NCBI GenBank assembly: GCA_031459875.1 | Contig: JAVKHQ010000003.1 | Span: forward strand, 64,001-128,000 | Reading direction: 5' to 3' | Origin: Candidatus Fervidifonticultor sextus | GTDB taxonomy: Bacteria > Sysuimicrobiota > Sysuimicrobiia > Sysuimicrobiales > Humicultoraceae | DNA length: 64,000 nucleotides | Shown here: positions 1-9,573 of the stretch, one piece after another | Numbering within the stretch: the stretch's first letter is position 1 | Layout of the letters: each line of letters opens with the position of its first letter | The notes under the pieces: model-generated | Databases searched by the model: none | Told to the model about the DNA's origin: nothing | What the model saw: the letters and a program-made list of their open reading frames with translations, nothing else | Translations under genes and position numbers: made by a program

Positions 1-1
1 C

Positions 2-298
2 AAGGTTGCCAACGCTTCTGACCTGCCTGAGGGGACTGCCACAGCCGTCACGGTGAACGGCATGACCGTGGCGCTGTTCCACCGTCCCGAAGGCTGGTTC
101 GCCATCGAGGGCACGTGCACGCACCGCGGGGGGCCGCTGGCCGAGGGTGATGTCGAAGGCTTCGTGGTCACCTGCCCCTGGCATGGCGGCCAGTTCGACG
201 TCCGCACCGGAAACCTGGTGAGCCCACCGCCGGCGCGTCCGGTGCGGGCGTTTCGGGTCGTGGTGGAGGGCGAGGACGTCTTCCTGGAGACGTCGTAA
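2..298 (+). CDS. Rieske-type [2Fe-2S] ferredoxin (5' end lies outside the window)
   Basis: CTHRGGPL...CPWHGGQFD Rieske motifs; the frame is open back to base 2 ([11 protein letters not shown]...). Confidence 0.9.
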   Translation, partial: KVANASDLPEGTATAVTVNGMTVALFHRPEGWFAIEGTCTHRGGPLAEGDVEGFVVTCPWHGGQFDVRTGNLVSPPPARPVRAFRVVVEGEDVFLETS

Positions 299-326
299 TC
301 TCCTCAAGGATCACCCGGAGACCGAC

Positions 327-884
327 ATGAGTTCACAGACGCCGCCTCCGATGCCCTCGCGCCTCGCGCCCGTCGAGCGCGCGGTGGAGATCCTCGACGC
401 GCTGCCCGGCGGGGGGGTCATCCTCAGCAAGGTGGAGTACCTGCTCAACTGGAGCCGCGCGGCCAGCCTCTGGCCGCTCACCTTCGGCCTGGCGTGCTGC
501 GCCATCGAGATGATGGCCGCGTTCGCCGGGCGGTTCGACCTGGACCGCATGGGGGTGATCCCCCGGGCCACCCCGCGGCAGGCCGACCTGATGATCGTAG
601 CGGGCCGCTGCACCATCAAGATGGCCCCCATCGTCCGGCGACTGTGGGAGCAGATGCCCGAGCCCAAGTATGTCCTCTCCATGGGCTCGTGCGCCACCTG
701 CGGAGGACCCTTCTACTACGACAACTACTCGATCCTCAAGGGCATCGACCAGGTCGTGCCCGTGGACGTCTATGTGCCCGGCTGTCCTCCCCGGCCCGAG
801 GCCTTGATCGAGGGCATTCTCAAGCTTCAGGAGAAGATCAAGGCCGAGCCGTTCCTGCGGCGGAGCCTGGCGGCCAGGGCATGA
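327..884 (+). CDS. nuoB: NADH-quinone oxidoreductase subunit B
   Basis: GLACCAIEM tandem-Cys N2 ligands, [14 protein letters not shown]. Confidence 0.95.
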   Translation: MSSQTPPPMPSRLAPVERAVEILDALPGGGVILSKVEYLLNWSRAASLWPLTFGLACCAIEMMAAFAGRFDLDRMGVIPRATPRQADLMIVAGRCTIKMAPIVRRLWEQMPEPKYVLSMGSCATCGGPFYYDNYSILKGIDQVVPVDVYVPGCPPRPEALIEGILKLQEKIKAEPFLRRSLAARA

Positions 885-905
885 CCCCATCCAGGAGCCG
901 GCGGC

Positions 906-2009
906 GTGGCGCTTCGCACCGAAGAACTGATGCTCAACATGGGGCCGCAGCACCCCAGCACCCACGGGGTGCTGCGCCTGGTCGTGACCCTGGACGGCGA
1001 GAACATTGTGGATGTCGCCCCGGACATCGGCTATCTCCACTCGTCGGTCGAGAAGATGATGGAGTACCGCACCTACCTCCAGAACGTCGCCCTCACCGAC
1101 CGGGGGATGGATTACCTGACCGCGCTCGCCAACGAAGAGGCCTACCTGCTGGCCGTGGAGCGTCTGGGCGGCATCCCGGTGCCCCCGCGGGCCCGGTGGC
1201 TGCGGACCATCATGCTGGAGTTCCAGCGCCTGTCCAGCCACTTGGTCTGGCTGGGCACCTGGGGGATCGACCTGGGCGCGACCACCGTCTTCCTCTACTG
1301 CTTCCGCGAGCGTGAGCGCATCCTCGACCTGTTCGAGCAGGTCACCGGCGGGCGACTGCACCACGTCTACTTCCGGCCGGGCGGAGTCTACGAGGACCTG
1401 CCCGCGGGCTGGACCGACCGGGCCCTGGAGTTCTGCGACGAGTTCCTGGATCGCCTGGGGGAGTACCACGACCTGCTGACCGGCAACCCCATCTTCCTGG
1501 CGCGCACGCAGGGGGTCGGGGTCCTGCCCCGCGAGGCGGCCATCAACATGGGCGCCTGCGGCCCGGTGGCGCGGGCCTCGGGGGTGAACTTCGACGTGCG
1601 TAAGGCCTTCCCGTACGAGGCCTACGGTGAGGTCGAGTTCGACATCCCGGTGCAGACCGCCGGCGACTGCTTCGCCCGCTACCTGGTGCGCATGGAGGAG
1701 ATGCGCCAGAGCGTGCGGATCATCCGGCAGGCGATCGGGAACCTCCCGCCGGGCGAGATCCGCAGCAAGGTGCAGGTGACGGTGAGGCTGCCCAGGGGCG
1801 AGGTCTACGCCCGCACCGAGTCGCCCCGGGGCGACCTGGGCGTCTACCTGATCAGCGAGGGGGAGGAGGTGCCCTACCGGGTGAAGATCCGGGCGCCGTC
1901 GTTCTCCAACCTCTACGCGCTCGCCGAGATGATGCGCGGCTGGAAGGTGGCCGACGTCATCGCGATCTTGGGCAGCGTGGACATCGTGCTGTCGGACGTG
2001 GACCGGTAG
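906..2009 (+). CDS. nuoD: NADH-quinone oxidoreductase subunit D
   Basis: NMGPQHPSTHGVLRL, GYLH, ESPRG, C-terminal DVDR; no NiFe CxxC pairs. Confidence 0.95.
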   Translation: MALRTEELMLNMGPQHPSTHGVLRLVVTLDGENIVDVAPDIGYLHSSVEKMMEYRTYLQNVALTDRGMDYLTALANEEAYLLAVERLGGIPVPPRARWLRTIMLEFQRLSSHLVWLGTWGIDLGATTVFLYCFRERERILDLFEQVTGGRLHHVYFRPGGVYEDLPAGWTDRALEFCDEFLDRLGEYHDLLTGNPIFLARTQGVGVLPREAAINMGACGPVARASGVNFDVRKAFPYEAYGEVEFDIPVQTAGDCFARYLVRMEEMRQSVRIIRQAIGNLPPGEIRSKVQVTVRLPRGEVYARTESPRGDLGVYLISEGEEVPYRVKIRAPSFSNLYALAEMMRGWKVADVIAILGSVDIVLSDVDR

Positions 2010-2017
2010 GTTCCAAT

Positions 2018-2497
2018 ATGACGCATCTCGCCACCCGCGCGTGGGACGCCCTCACCGGCCTGTACCTGGGCCTGCGGGTGACGTGGGGGGCGCTGGTCCG
2101 GCCCAAGAACACCGTCAAGTACCCGGTGGAGAAGGTGAACGTCTCACCGCGCTGGCACGGCCTGCTGGCGCTGCCCATCGACCCCGAGACCGGCAGCGAC
2201 CGGTGCATCATCTGTTTCCAGTGCGAGCGTGTCTGCCCCGACCGGTGCATCCACATCGAAGCCGCGGGCAAGGGCAAGGATCGCGTGCTCACCCGGTTCG
2301 ACATCGAGATGGACAAGTGCTGCTACTGCGGCCTGTGCGTCGAGGTCTGCCCGACCGAGGCGATCGTCTTCGTCCCCCACTACGAGGCCAGCACCTTCAA
2401 CCGCGCGAACCTGCTCTATGACCTGAACGACCTGCGCCGCGCCGCCCCCAAGGAGCCGATCGCGCACGGCGTCATCCGGTTGCGGGGATCGCGATGA
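2018..2497 (+). CDS. nuoI: NADH-quinone oxidoreductase subunit I (2x[4Fe-4S])
   Basis: CIICFQCERVCP and CCYCGLCVEVCP; T-x-x-YP N-terminal motif. Confidence 0.9.
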   Translation: MTHLATRAWDALTGLYLGLRVTWGALVRPKNTVKYPVEKVNVSPRWHGLLALPIDPETGSDRCIICFQCERVCPDRCIHIEAAGKGKDRVLTRFDIEMDKCCYCGLCVEVCPTEAIVFVPHYEASTFNRANLLYDLNDLRRAAPKEPIAHGVIRLRGSR

Positions 2498-3090
2498 GCT
2501 GGGAGCTTGTCGAGCGCCTACGCGAGCGGTTTCCGGAGATCGAGCCGTTCCCGCACGAGGCGGGCCACGCAGAACCCCCCGGTGAGCCCGCCGCGCCGGC
2601 CGGCCGGCCCGCGCGCCACGAGGCCAGGGCGTACGCCTACCACGTCCCGGGCGCGTTCGTGCCCGCCGACCGCCTGCTGGCCGTCTGCCGGGTCCTGCGC
2701 GACGACCCCCCGTTCCACCTGGACTACTGCTCGTTCGTCAGCGCCGTCGACCGGCCGGATCAGAGGATTTTCGAGGTGGTCTACCACCTGTTCTCCATGG
2801 CCGAACGCCACGAGATGCTGGTGAAGGTGCGGGTCCCGCGGGAGGCGCCGCGGGTGCCCAGCGTGGTGGACATCTGGCGCGGCGCCAACTGGCACGAGCG
2901 CGAGACCTACGACCTGTTCGGCATCGTCTTCGAAGGCCATCCGGACCTGCGCCGCATCATGCTGACCGAGGACTGGGTCGGCCACCCGCTGCGCAAAGAC
3001 TACGTGTACGAGGAACCCCGCTGGCTGGTGGACCTGGCGGCCCAGCGGCAGCAGGAGATCGAAGGCCTGGGGCTGGGCGAGCGGGCCTGA
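2494..3090 (+). CDS. nuoC: NADH-quinone oxidoreductase subunit C
   Basis: ANWHERETYDLFGIVFEGHPDLRRI...GHPLRKDY signature. Confidence 0.93.
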   Translation: MSWELVERLRERFPEIEPFPHEAGHAEPPGEPAAPAGRPARHEARAYAYHVPGAFVPADRLLAVCRVLRDDPPFHLDYCSFVSAVDRPDQRIFEVVYHLFSMAERHEMLVKVRVPREAPRVPSVVDIWRGANWHERETYDLFGIVFEGHPDLRRIMLTEDWVGHPLRKDYVYEEPRWLVDLAAQRQQEIEGLGLGERA

Positions 3091-3125
3091 CGGCCGGCAC
3101 CCTTGACGGGATCTTTACGTCCGAC

Positions 3126-3134
3126 TGGTAAGAT
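3126..3134 (+). promoter_or_regulatory. Possible extended -10 promoter element (TGgTAAGAT)
   Basis: TGn plus TAnnAT in the intergenic gap before the Mo enzyme; TTGACG at 3103 is spaced too far (20 bp). Confidence 0.35.
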
Positions 3135-3167
3135 AGGGACGGTGTTTGCCGGACGGGGGTGGACGGC

Positions 3168-4760
3168 ATGCGGCAGCACGTGGTGTGGCGCGGGGTGGTC
3201 GCCGGGGCGGTCGCCGGCGTCGCCCTGGTTCTGGCCCTGACCGCCGGCGCGCTGCCGGCCGGGATGGTCCTGGCCGCCTCGGTGGCCGAACGGGCCCGGG
3301 CGCTGCTGCCATTGCAGGTGCTCGGGTACCTCATCGTCCGCCTGAAGTTCGCGGCGAAGCCGTTCGGGTTCTGGACCAGCATGGCCGGGGTCGTCCTCGT
3401 CTGCGCCATCGCGGGAGGGGTGCTGGCCTCGTGGCGGCCTCGGCGCCACCTAGTCGCCGGCCTCGCCATGGCGGTGGTCGTGGGCGGGGTGCTGGCCGCC
3501 GTCGCCGGCCGGCCGGCGCTGGTCTATCTCTCGGCGAGCCTGGGGGCGGAGGGGGTCGCCGACGCCGACGCCGCGGCCTTCAGGATCATGCTGGCCTCCA
3601 CCGCGGCCGCGGCCGCCGTCGCCGGCGCGGTCTTCGCCCTGGTCCTGTTCCTGCTGGGGCGCCGTACCAACCATCCCGCATCACACCCCCGGGCAGACCC
3701 TTCCGGCGCGTCGTCCCCCGGGTCGGCGAGGATGCACCGCCGCGAGATCCTGGCCCGCGCCGTGCTGGTGACGGCTACCGCCGCGGGTGCGGGCGCGCTC
3801 CTCCACTGGGTGGAAACGAAAGCTGCGCAGGCTGCCGCCGCCATGCGGTCGGCTTTCGACCGGGTCCGAGGGCTGCCGCCTGAAGTCACACCCAACGACA
3901 AGTTCTACGTGGTGAGCAAGAACCCGTTCGGCCTGGACCCCAGGCTGGACGCCAGGAAGTGGACCCTGGAGATCGCCGGCCTGGTCGGGAAGCCCGTCAG
4001 GCTCACCTACGACCAGATCCGCGCCCTGCCGCCGGTTGCCCGCTACCATACCCTGGAGTGCATCAGCAACGAGGTAGGGGGCGACCTGATCGGCAACGCC
4101 ATGTGGAAGGGCGTCCGCTTCCGCGACGTGATCCAGCTCGCCGGCGGCGTGAGTCCCAAGGCGGTGCGGTTTGCCCTGCGGTGCGCGGACGGCTACTCGG
4201 AAGGCATCCCGGTGGCCGACGCCATGCAGCCCGATGTGATGCTGGCCTACGAGATGAACGGGGAGCCCCTGCCGCCGGCCCACGGGTTTCCGGTGCGCCT
4301 GCTGATCCCCGGGCTCTTCGGGATGAAGAACCCCAAGTGGCTGACGAAGATCGAGGCGGTCTCGACCCACTTCACCGGGTACTGGCAGGCGTCGGGCTGG
4401 AGTGACGAGGCCGTGGTGAAGACCACCTCGCAGTTCCGCGTCCCGACCGACCGCAGCCAGGTGGCCCTCGGTGAGGTCGGCCTCGGCGGGATCGCCTACA
4501 GCGGTGACCGCGGGATTCAGGAGGTCGAGTTCAGCACGGATGGAGGCAAGACCTGGTCCCGGGCCGAGGTGAAGAAGGCCCTGGGCCCCTATACGTGGGT
4601 GCTCTGGGCCGCGGTGTGGACGCCTTCCGGCCCCGGAGAGTACACGCTGAAGGTCAGAGCGAAGGACGGCACGGGCGTGATCCAGAGTTCGCAGGAGACG
4701 CCCACGCTGCCGGATGGGGCCAGCGGCTACCACACGATCCGCATCCGGGTGCGGAAGTAA
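3168..4760 (+). CDS. Membrane-anchored sulfite-oxidase-family molybdopterin oxidoreductase
   Basis: TLECISN (Mo-ligating Cys), GNAMWKGV, HGFPVRLLIPGLFGMKNPKW, C-terminal dimerisation domain; about 5 hydrophobic N-terminal segments; start could be GTG 3159. Confidence 0.88.
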   Translation: MRQHVVWRGVVAGAVAGVALVLALTAGALPAGMVLAASVAERARALLPLQVLGYLIVRLKFAAKPFGFWTSMAGVVLVCAIAGGVLASWRPRRHLVAGLAMAVVVGGVLAAVAGRPALVYLSASLGAEGVADADAAAFRIMLASTAAAAAVAGAVFALVLFLLGRRTNHPASHPRADPSGASSPGSARMHRREILARAVLVTATAAGAGALLHWVETKAAQAAAAMRSAFDRVRGLPPEVTPNDKFYVVSKNPFGLDPRLDARKWTLEIAGLVGKPVRLTYDQIRALPPVARYHTLECISNEVGGDLIGNAMWKGVRFRDVIQLAGGVSPKAVRFALRCADGYSEGIPVADAMQPDVMLAYEMNGEPLPPAHGFPVRLLIPGLFGMKNPKWLTKIEAVSTHFTGYWQASGWSDEAVVKTTSQFRVPTDRSQVALGEVGLGGIAYSGDRGIQEVEFSTDGGKTWSRAEVKKALGPYTWVLWAAVWTPSGPGEYTLKVRAKDGTGVIQSSQETPTLPDGASGYHTIRIRVRK

Positions 4761-4888
4761 GGCTCGGGCAGGAGCCCTTCCGCACCGTCGCGAACCTTCA
4801 CCCCACATCACACCCATGGGACCGCTCACCGCGCGGCGTCTGCTCCCGCGTTCCCTGCCAGGGTGTGGGACCCCCCAGGGAGGTTTGG

Positions 4889-6286
4889 GTGCCGAGCCCG
4901 TATGACCTCGTGATCATCGGCGGTGGACCGGCCGGCTACGTCGGCGCGATCCGGGCCTCCCAGCTGGGCCTGCGCACCGCGGTGGTGGAGCGCGACAAAC
5001 TCGGCGGAATCTGCCTGCACTGGGGCTGTGTGCCGACCAAGGCCCTCCTGCAGGCGGCCGAAGTCCTGGAGCACGTCCGTGCAGCGGGAGAGTTCGGCAT
5101 CCAGGTGGGGCCCCCGCGCGTCGACTTCCACCGGATGCAGGAACGCAAGGCCCAGGTCGTCGATCGGATCCACAAAGGCGTGCAGTACCTGATGCGCAAG
5201 CACCAGGTCGACGTCTTCGCCGGCACCGGCCGGCTGCTGGGCGCCGGCCGCATCCATGTGGCGCTGAACGACGGCTCCGACACCGAACTGGCGGCAACGC
5301 ACATCCTGGTCGCCACCGGGTCCGCCCCCCGCAGCATCCCCGGGGTGGTCATCGACAACGACCGCATCCTGGATTCCACCGGCCTGTTGTCGCTGCAGGA
5401 GGTCCCCAGGTCCCTGGCCATCCTCGGCGCCGGAGCCGTCGGCGTCGAGTTCGCCAGCCTGTTTGGGGCCCTGGGGACGGAGGTGACCCTGATCGAGTTG
5501 CTGCCGACCGTGCTGCCACTCGAGGACCAGGAGATCGGGAAGACGCTGGAGCGGCTCTTCGTCAGAAGGGGGATGAAGGTCCACACGGGCACGACGGCGA
5601 CGGCGGTCGCCCCGAAGGGGGAGGGGGTCGCCGTCACCCTCGACCGCGCCGGGGAGCAGCAGACCGTCGAGGTGGACTACCTGCTGGTCGCCGTGGGGCG
5701 AGGGCCCGTGACGGAGGGGCTGGGCCTGGAGGCCGCCGGCGTGCAGGTCGAGCGCGGCGCGATCACCGTTGACGCCCACCTGCGGACCTCGGCCCCGGGC
5801 ATCTACGCCGTCGGCGATGTGATCGGCCGGCCGTACCGGCTGGCGCACGTGGCCTCGGACGAGGCCGTCCACGCCGTCGAGACCATCGCCGGGTTGGAGG
5901 CCGCCCCCGTGGACTACACCAAGGTCCCGCGGCCGACCTTCTCGATCCCTCAGGTGGCCACCATGGGGCTCTCCGAGCAGGAGGCCCAGGAGCGGGGGAT
6001 CGAGGTGCGGGTCGGGCGCTTTCCCTTTTCGGCCAACAGCAAGGCGACCATCGAGGGTGAGCGCGACGGCTTCGTGAAGGTGGTCAGCGAGGCGCGGACG
6101 GGCGAGGTCCTGGGGATCCACATGATCGGGCCGACGGTCACGGAACTGCTGGCCGAGGGCGTGGCCACGCGCTACCTGGAGGGAACCGTGGTAGAGTTGG
6201 GTGGGGCGGTGCACGCCCATCCGACCCTGTCGGAGGCCGTCAAGGAGGCGGCCCTGGACGCGCTGGGCAGAGTCCTGCATCTCTGA
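4889..6286 (+). CDS. lpdA: Dihydrolipoamide dehydrogenase (E3)
   Basis: GGGPAG, GGICLHWGCVPTK redox disulfide, HPTLSE; GGAGG precedes GTG 4889. Confidence 0.95.
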   Translation: MPSPYDLVIIGGGPAGYVGAIRASQLGLRTAVVERDKLGGICLHWGCVPTKALLQAAEVLEHVRAAGEFGIQVGPPRVDFHRMQERKAQVVDRIHKGVQYLMRKHQVDVFAGTGRLLGAGRIHVALNDGSDTELAATHILVATGSAPRSIPGVVIDNDRILDSTGLLSLQEVPRSLAILGAGAVGVEFASLFGALGTEVTLIELLPTVLPLEDQEIGKTLERLFVRRGMKVHTGTTATAVAPKGEGVAVTLDRAGEQQTVEVDYLLVAVGRGPVTEGLGLEAAGVQVERGAITVDAHLRTSAPGIYAVGDVIGRPYRLAHVASDEAVHAVETIAGLEAAPVDYTKVPRPTFSIPQVATMGLSEQEAQERGIEVRVGRFPFSANSKATIEGERDGFVKVVSEARTGEVLGIHMIGPTVTELLAEGVATRYLEGTVVELGGAVHAHPTLSEAVKEAALDALGRVLHL

Positions 6287-6331
6287 CGCCAGCACACCGC
6301 GCGGCCGGGATCCTGGAGGGGGCGAGGATCG

Positions 6332-7366
6332 ATGGCGACCACCGAACCGCAGGCCCAGGTGACGGAGGCCAGGCACCAGGCATTGGGCCTGGGGCCCGAC
6401 GATCTGCTGGAGATGTACTACTTCATGGCCCTGGCCCGGGCCATCGACGAACGGATGTGGGTGCTGCAGCGCGCCGGCATCGTCCCGTTTGTGATCTCCG
6501 GCCAGGGACACGAAGGCGCGCAGGTCGGGGTCATGTGGGCCACCGACCGCGCGCGCGACTGGCTGGTCCCGTTCTACCGGTCCCTGGCCGCGTGTCTGGT
6601 GAAGGGGATGACGCCCCGCGAGTTGATGCTCGGCCTCTTTGCCCGGGCGGACGATCCCAGCAGCGGCGGCCGCCAGATGCCGGCGCACTGGGGGCACCCG
6701 GCGCGCAAGATCCTCTCCACCAGCAGCCCGGTCGGTACGCAGTACCTCCACGCCGTCGGGGTCGCCTTCGCGGCCAAGGCCCGGGGCACGGGCGAGGTGT
6801 GCGTGACCTCCATCGGCGAGGGCGGCACCAGCCAGGGGGACTGGCACGAGGCGATGAACTTCGCCGGCATCCACCGGTTGCCGGTGGTCTTCATGGTCGA
6901 GAACAACCGCTACGCCATCTCGGTCCCCCAGCGCCTCCAGATGGCCGTCCGCGATGTGGCCGTGCGTGCCGCCGGCTATGGCTTCCCCGGCGTCATCGTG
7001 GACGGCTCGGACGTCCTGGCCTGCCATGCGGCCGGCCGGGAGGCCGTGGCACGGGCCCGCGCCGGCGAAGGGCCGACGCTGATCGAGTGCAAGGTGGAGC
7101 GCCTCACGTCCCACTCATCTGACGACAGCCAGGAGAAGTACCGGCCTACCGCCGACCTGGAGGCCGCGCGCAGCAAGGACCCCCTGGTGGTGTTCAAGCA
7201 CTATCTGGAGCAGGTGGGCGTGATGGACGAGGCGCGCTACACCGCAATCCACAGCCGCATCAAAGCTGAGGTCAACGACGCCACGGACTACGCCGAGGCC
7301 CGGCCGATGCCGGACCCGGCGACGGTTGGCCGGCACGTGTACCACGAGGGGGACGGCCGTGCCTGA
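6332..7366 (+). CDS. 2-oxoacid dehydrogenase E1 alpha, branched-chain type
   Basis: TPP motif GEG...ENN, GGRQMPAHWG, HSSDD; resembles Bacillus BkdAA. Confidence 0.9.
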   Translation: MATTEPQAQVTEARHQALGLGPDDLLEMYYFMALARAIDERMWVLQRAGIVPFVISGQGHEGAQVGVMWATDRARDWLVPFYRSLAACLVKGMTPRELMLGLFARADDPSSGGRQMPAHWGHPARKILSTSSPVGTQYLHAVGVAFAAKARGTGEVCVTSIGEGGTSQGDWHEAMNFAGIHRLPVVFMVENNRYAISVPQRLQMAVRDVAVRAAGYGFPGVIVDGSDVLACHAAGREAVARARAGEGPTLIECKVERLTSHSSDDSQEKYRPTADLEAARSKDPLVVFKHYLEQVGVMDEARYTAIHSRIKAEVNDATDYAEARPMPDPATVGRHVYHEGDGRA

Positions 7367-8348
7367 GATGCGCCTGCTGGACGCCATCCGTCAGGCCATG
7401 TACGAGGAGATGCGGCGGGACCCGCGCGTGATCGTGCTGGGCGAGGATGTCGGACCCAAGGGCGGGGTCTTCGGGGCCACCGACGGGTTCTACGCGGAGT
7501 TCGGTGAGGGCCGGGTCCTGGATACGCCGCTGGCCGAGTCGTCCATCGTCGGGGTCGCCATCGGGATGGCGGCCAACGGCATGATCCCGATCGCCGAGAT
7601 CCAGTTCTCGGACTTCATCCACCCCGCGTTCAACCAGATCGTCAGCGAGGCGGCGCGGATGCGCTACCGCAGCAACGGCGGCTTCGGCTGCCCGATGGTG
7701 ATCCGGGCCCCCTACGGCGGCGGGGTGGAGGTGCACGGCGGACTCTACCACTCCCAGAGCGTCGAGGCCTTCTTCGCCCACGTGCCCGGCCTCAAGGTGG
7801 TCACGCCCTACACCCCCTACGACGCCAAAGGCCTCCTCAAGGCCGCGATCCGCGATCCCGACCCGGTCCTGTTCCTGGAGCACAAGCGGCTGTACCGGGC
7901 CATCCGGGGGGAGGTCCCCGAGGACGACTACGTGGTCCCCATCGGCCCCGCGACCGTCCGCCGGCAGGGGACGACGCTGTCGGTCTTCGCCTACGGCCAG
8001 ATGCTGCACGAGGCGCTCAGGGCGTCCGACGAGGCGGCCCGGGACGGCATTGAGGCCGAGGTGGTCGACCTGCGGACGCTGCGGCCGCTGGATGCCGAGA
8101 CGATCCTGGCCTCCGTCCGCAAGACGAACAAGGCCCTGATCGTCTACGAGGACAACCGCTTCATGGGCTTCGGTGCCGAGGTGGCGGCGCTCATCGCCGA
8201 GGAGGCCTTCGAGGCGCTGGACGGTCCGGTCATGCGGGTGGCCGGACCGGACGTGCCGGCGGTCCCCTACGCCGACACCCTGGCCGGGGCGTTCATCCCG
8301 ACGGCGGCGAAGATCGCCGGAGCGATGCGCCAGCTGGCCGCGTACTGA
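7359..8348 (+). CDS. 2-oxoacid dehydrogenase E1 beta
   Basis: GEDVG..GGVF..T, DTPLAES, EIQF, HSQS, FLEHK; GTG overlaps the E1a end. Confidence 0.93.
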   Translation: MPEMRLLDAIRQAMYEEMRRDPRVIVLGEDVGPKGGVFGATDGFYAEFGEGRVLDTPLAESSIVGVAIGMAANGMIPIAEIQFSDFIHPAFNQIVSEAARMRYRSNGGFGCPMVIRAPYGGGVEVHGGLYHSQSVEAFFAHVPGLKVVTPYTPYDAKGLLKAAIRDPDPVLFLEHKRLYRAIRGEVPEDDYVVPIGPATVRRQGTTLSVFAYGQMLHEALRASDEAARDGIEAEVVDLRTLRPLDAETILASVRKTNKALIVYEDNRFMGFGAEVAALIAEEAFEALDGPVMRVAGPDVPAVPYADTLAGAFIPTAAKIAGAMRQLAAY

Positions 8349-8358
8349 GGCGGTCCTG

Positions 8359-9573
8359 ATGCCGGTCGAGATCAGACTTCCCCAACTGGGAGAAAGCATT
8401 CATGAGGGCACCATCGCCCGCTGGCTCAAGAAGCCCGGCGACCGGGTCGAAAAGTACGAGCCGCTGGTGGAGATCAACACCGACAAGGTCAATGTAGAGA
8501 TGCCCTCGCCGTTTGAGGGCGTCCTTGTGGAACTGCTGGCCGCCGAGGGCGACGTGCGGCCGGTCGGGTCGCCGATCGCGCTGATCGAGACATCGGCGGT
8601 GGCCCCGACGCCTGCTGCCGGCACGGCGCCCGCCGCCGGCCCAGCACCCGCTGCCCAGGGCGTGGGGCCGCGGCTGTCGCCGCTGGTGCGGAGGCTGGCC
8701 GAGCAGCACCGGATTCCGCTCTCCGTGCTCGAGACGCTGCCGGGCTCCGGGGCCGGTGGCCGCATCACCAAGGAAGACGTCCTGCAGTACGTGGCCAGAA
8801 GAGCGGGCCCACCCGCCCCGACGGCGGCTCCCGCCGTGCCTCCTGCCGCGCCGGCGGCGCCTCCGGTGCCGGCGGCCGCGGCCGCGCCGGGCGACGAGGT
8901 CGTGCGGCTCTCGCCCATCCGCCGGACCATCGCCCAGCGCATGGCCCAGAGCAAGCGCGAGATCCCCCACGCCTACGGGGTCATCGAGGTGGACATGAGC
9001 GCGGTGGTCGCCTGGCGCGAGGCCCACAAGGAGGCCTGGCGCCGCGACGGGATCGCGCTGACCTACACCGCCTTCTTCGTCCGCGCCGCCTGCGAGGCGC
9101 TCCGGGCGTATCCCATCGTGAACGCGGCGTGGAGCGAGGAGGGCATCGTCCTGCGCAAGGCCGTCAATATCGGGATCGGCATCGCCGTCGACGAGGGGCT
9201 GCTGGTGCCGGTCATCCGCCACGCGGACCAACTGAGCCTGGCCGGAGTGGCCCGGGCGCTCGACGACCTGACCAGCCGCAGCCGGGCCGGCACACTCACC
9301 CTCGAAGACGTCCAGGGCGGGACGTTCACCCTCACCAACCCCGGGGTCTTCGGCTCGATCTGGTCCATGCCCATCATCGTGCCCGGGCAGGCTGCGATCC
9401 TGGCCACCGACGCCATCGTCCGGCGCGCGGTGGTCCGCGACGACGCCATCGCCATCCGGCCGATCATGCACCTGGGGCTTTCCTTCGACCACCGCGTCTT
9501 CGACGGGGCGGTGGCCATGCGCTTCCTCAACCACATGAAGGCCTGGTTCGAGGGGTTCCGCGATGGCGATTGA
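8359..9573 (+). CDS. Dihydrolipoamide acyltransferase (E2)
   Basis: Lipoyl domain (TDKV), Ala/Pro linkers, E3-binding domain (GSGAGGRITKEDV), DHRVFDG catalytic motif. Confidence 0.94.
   Translation: MPVEIRLPQLGESIHEGTIARWLKKPGDRVEKYEPLVEINTDKVNVEMPSPFEGVLVELLAAEGDVRPVGSPIALIETSAVAPTPAAGTAPAAGPAPAAQGVGPRLSPLVRRLAEQHRIPLSVLETLPGSGAGGRITKEDVLQYVARRAGPPAPTAAPAVPPAAPAAPPVPAAAAAPGDEVVRLSPIRRTIAQRMAQSKREIPHAYGVIEVDMSAVVAWREAHKEAWRRDGIALTYTAFFVRAACEALRAYPIVNAAWSEEGIVLRKAVNIGIGIAVDEGLLVPVIRHADQLSLAGVARALDDLTSRSRAGTLTLEDVQGGTFTLTNPGVFGSIWSMPIIVPGQAAILATDAIVRRAVVRDDAIAIRPIMHLGLSFDHRVFDGAVAMRFLNHMKAWFEGFRDGD

Noticed and set aside
327..3090. Group 4 [NiFe]-hydrogenase interpretation of nuoB/D/I/C
   Set aside because: The large subunit lacks both CxxC Ni-binding motifs and has the complex I HPSTHG and DVDR signatures; NuoB has tandem Cys
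8590..8890. Ala/Pro-rich low-complexity stretches in E2
   Set aside because: Normal flexible linkers of dihydrolipoamide acyltransferases
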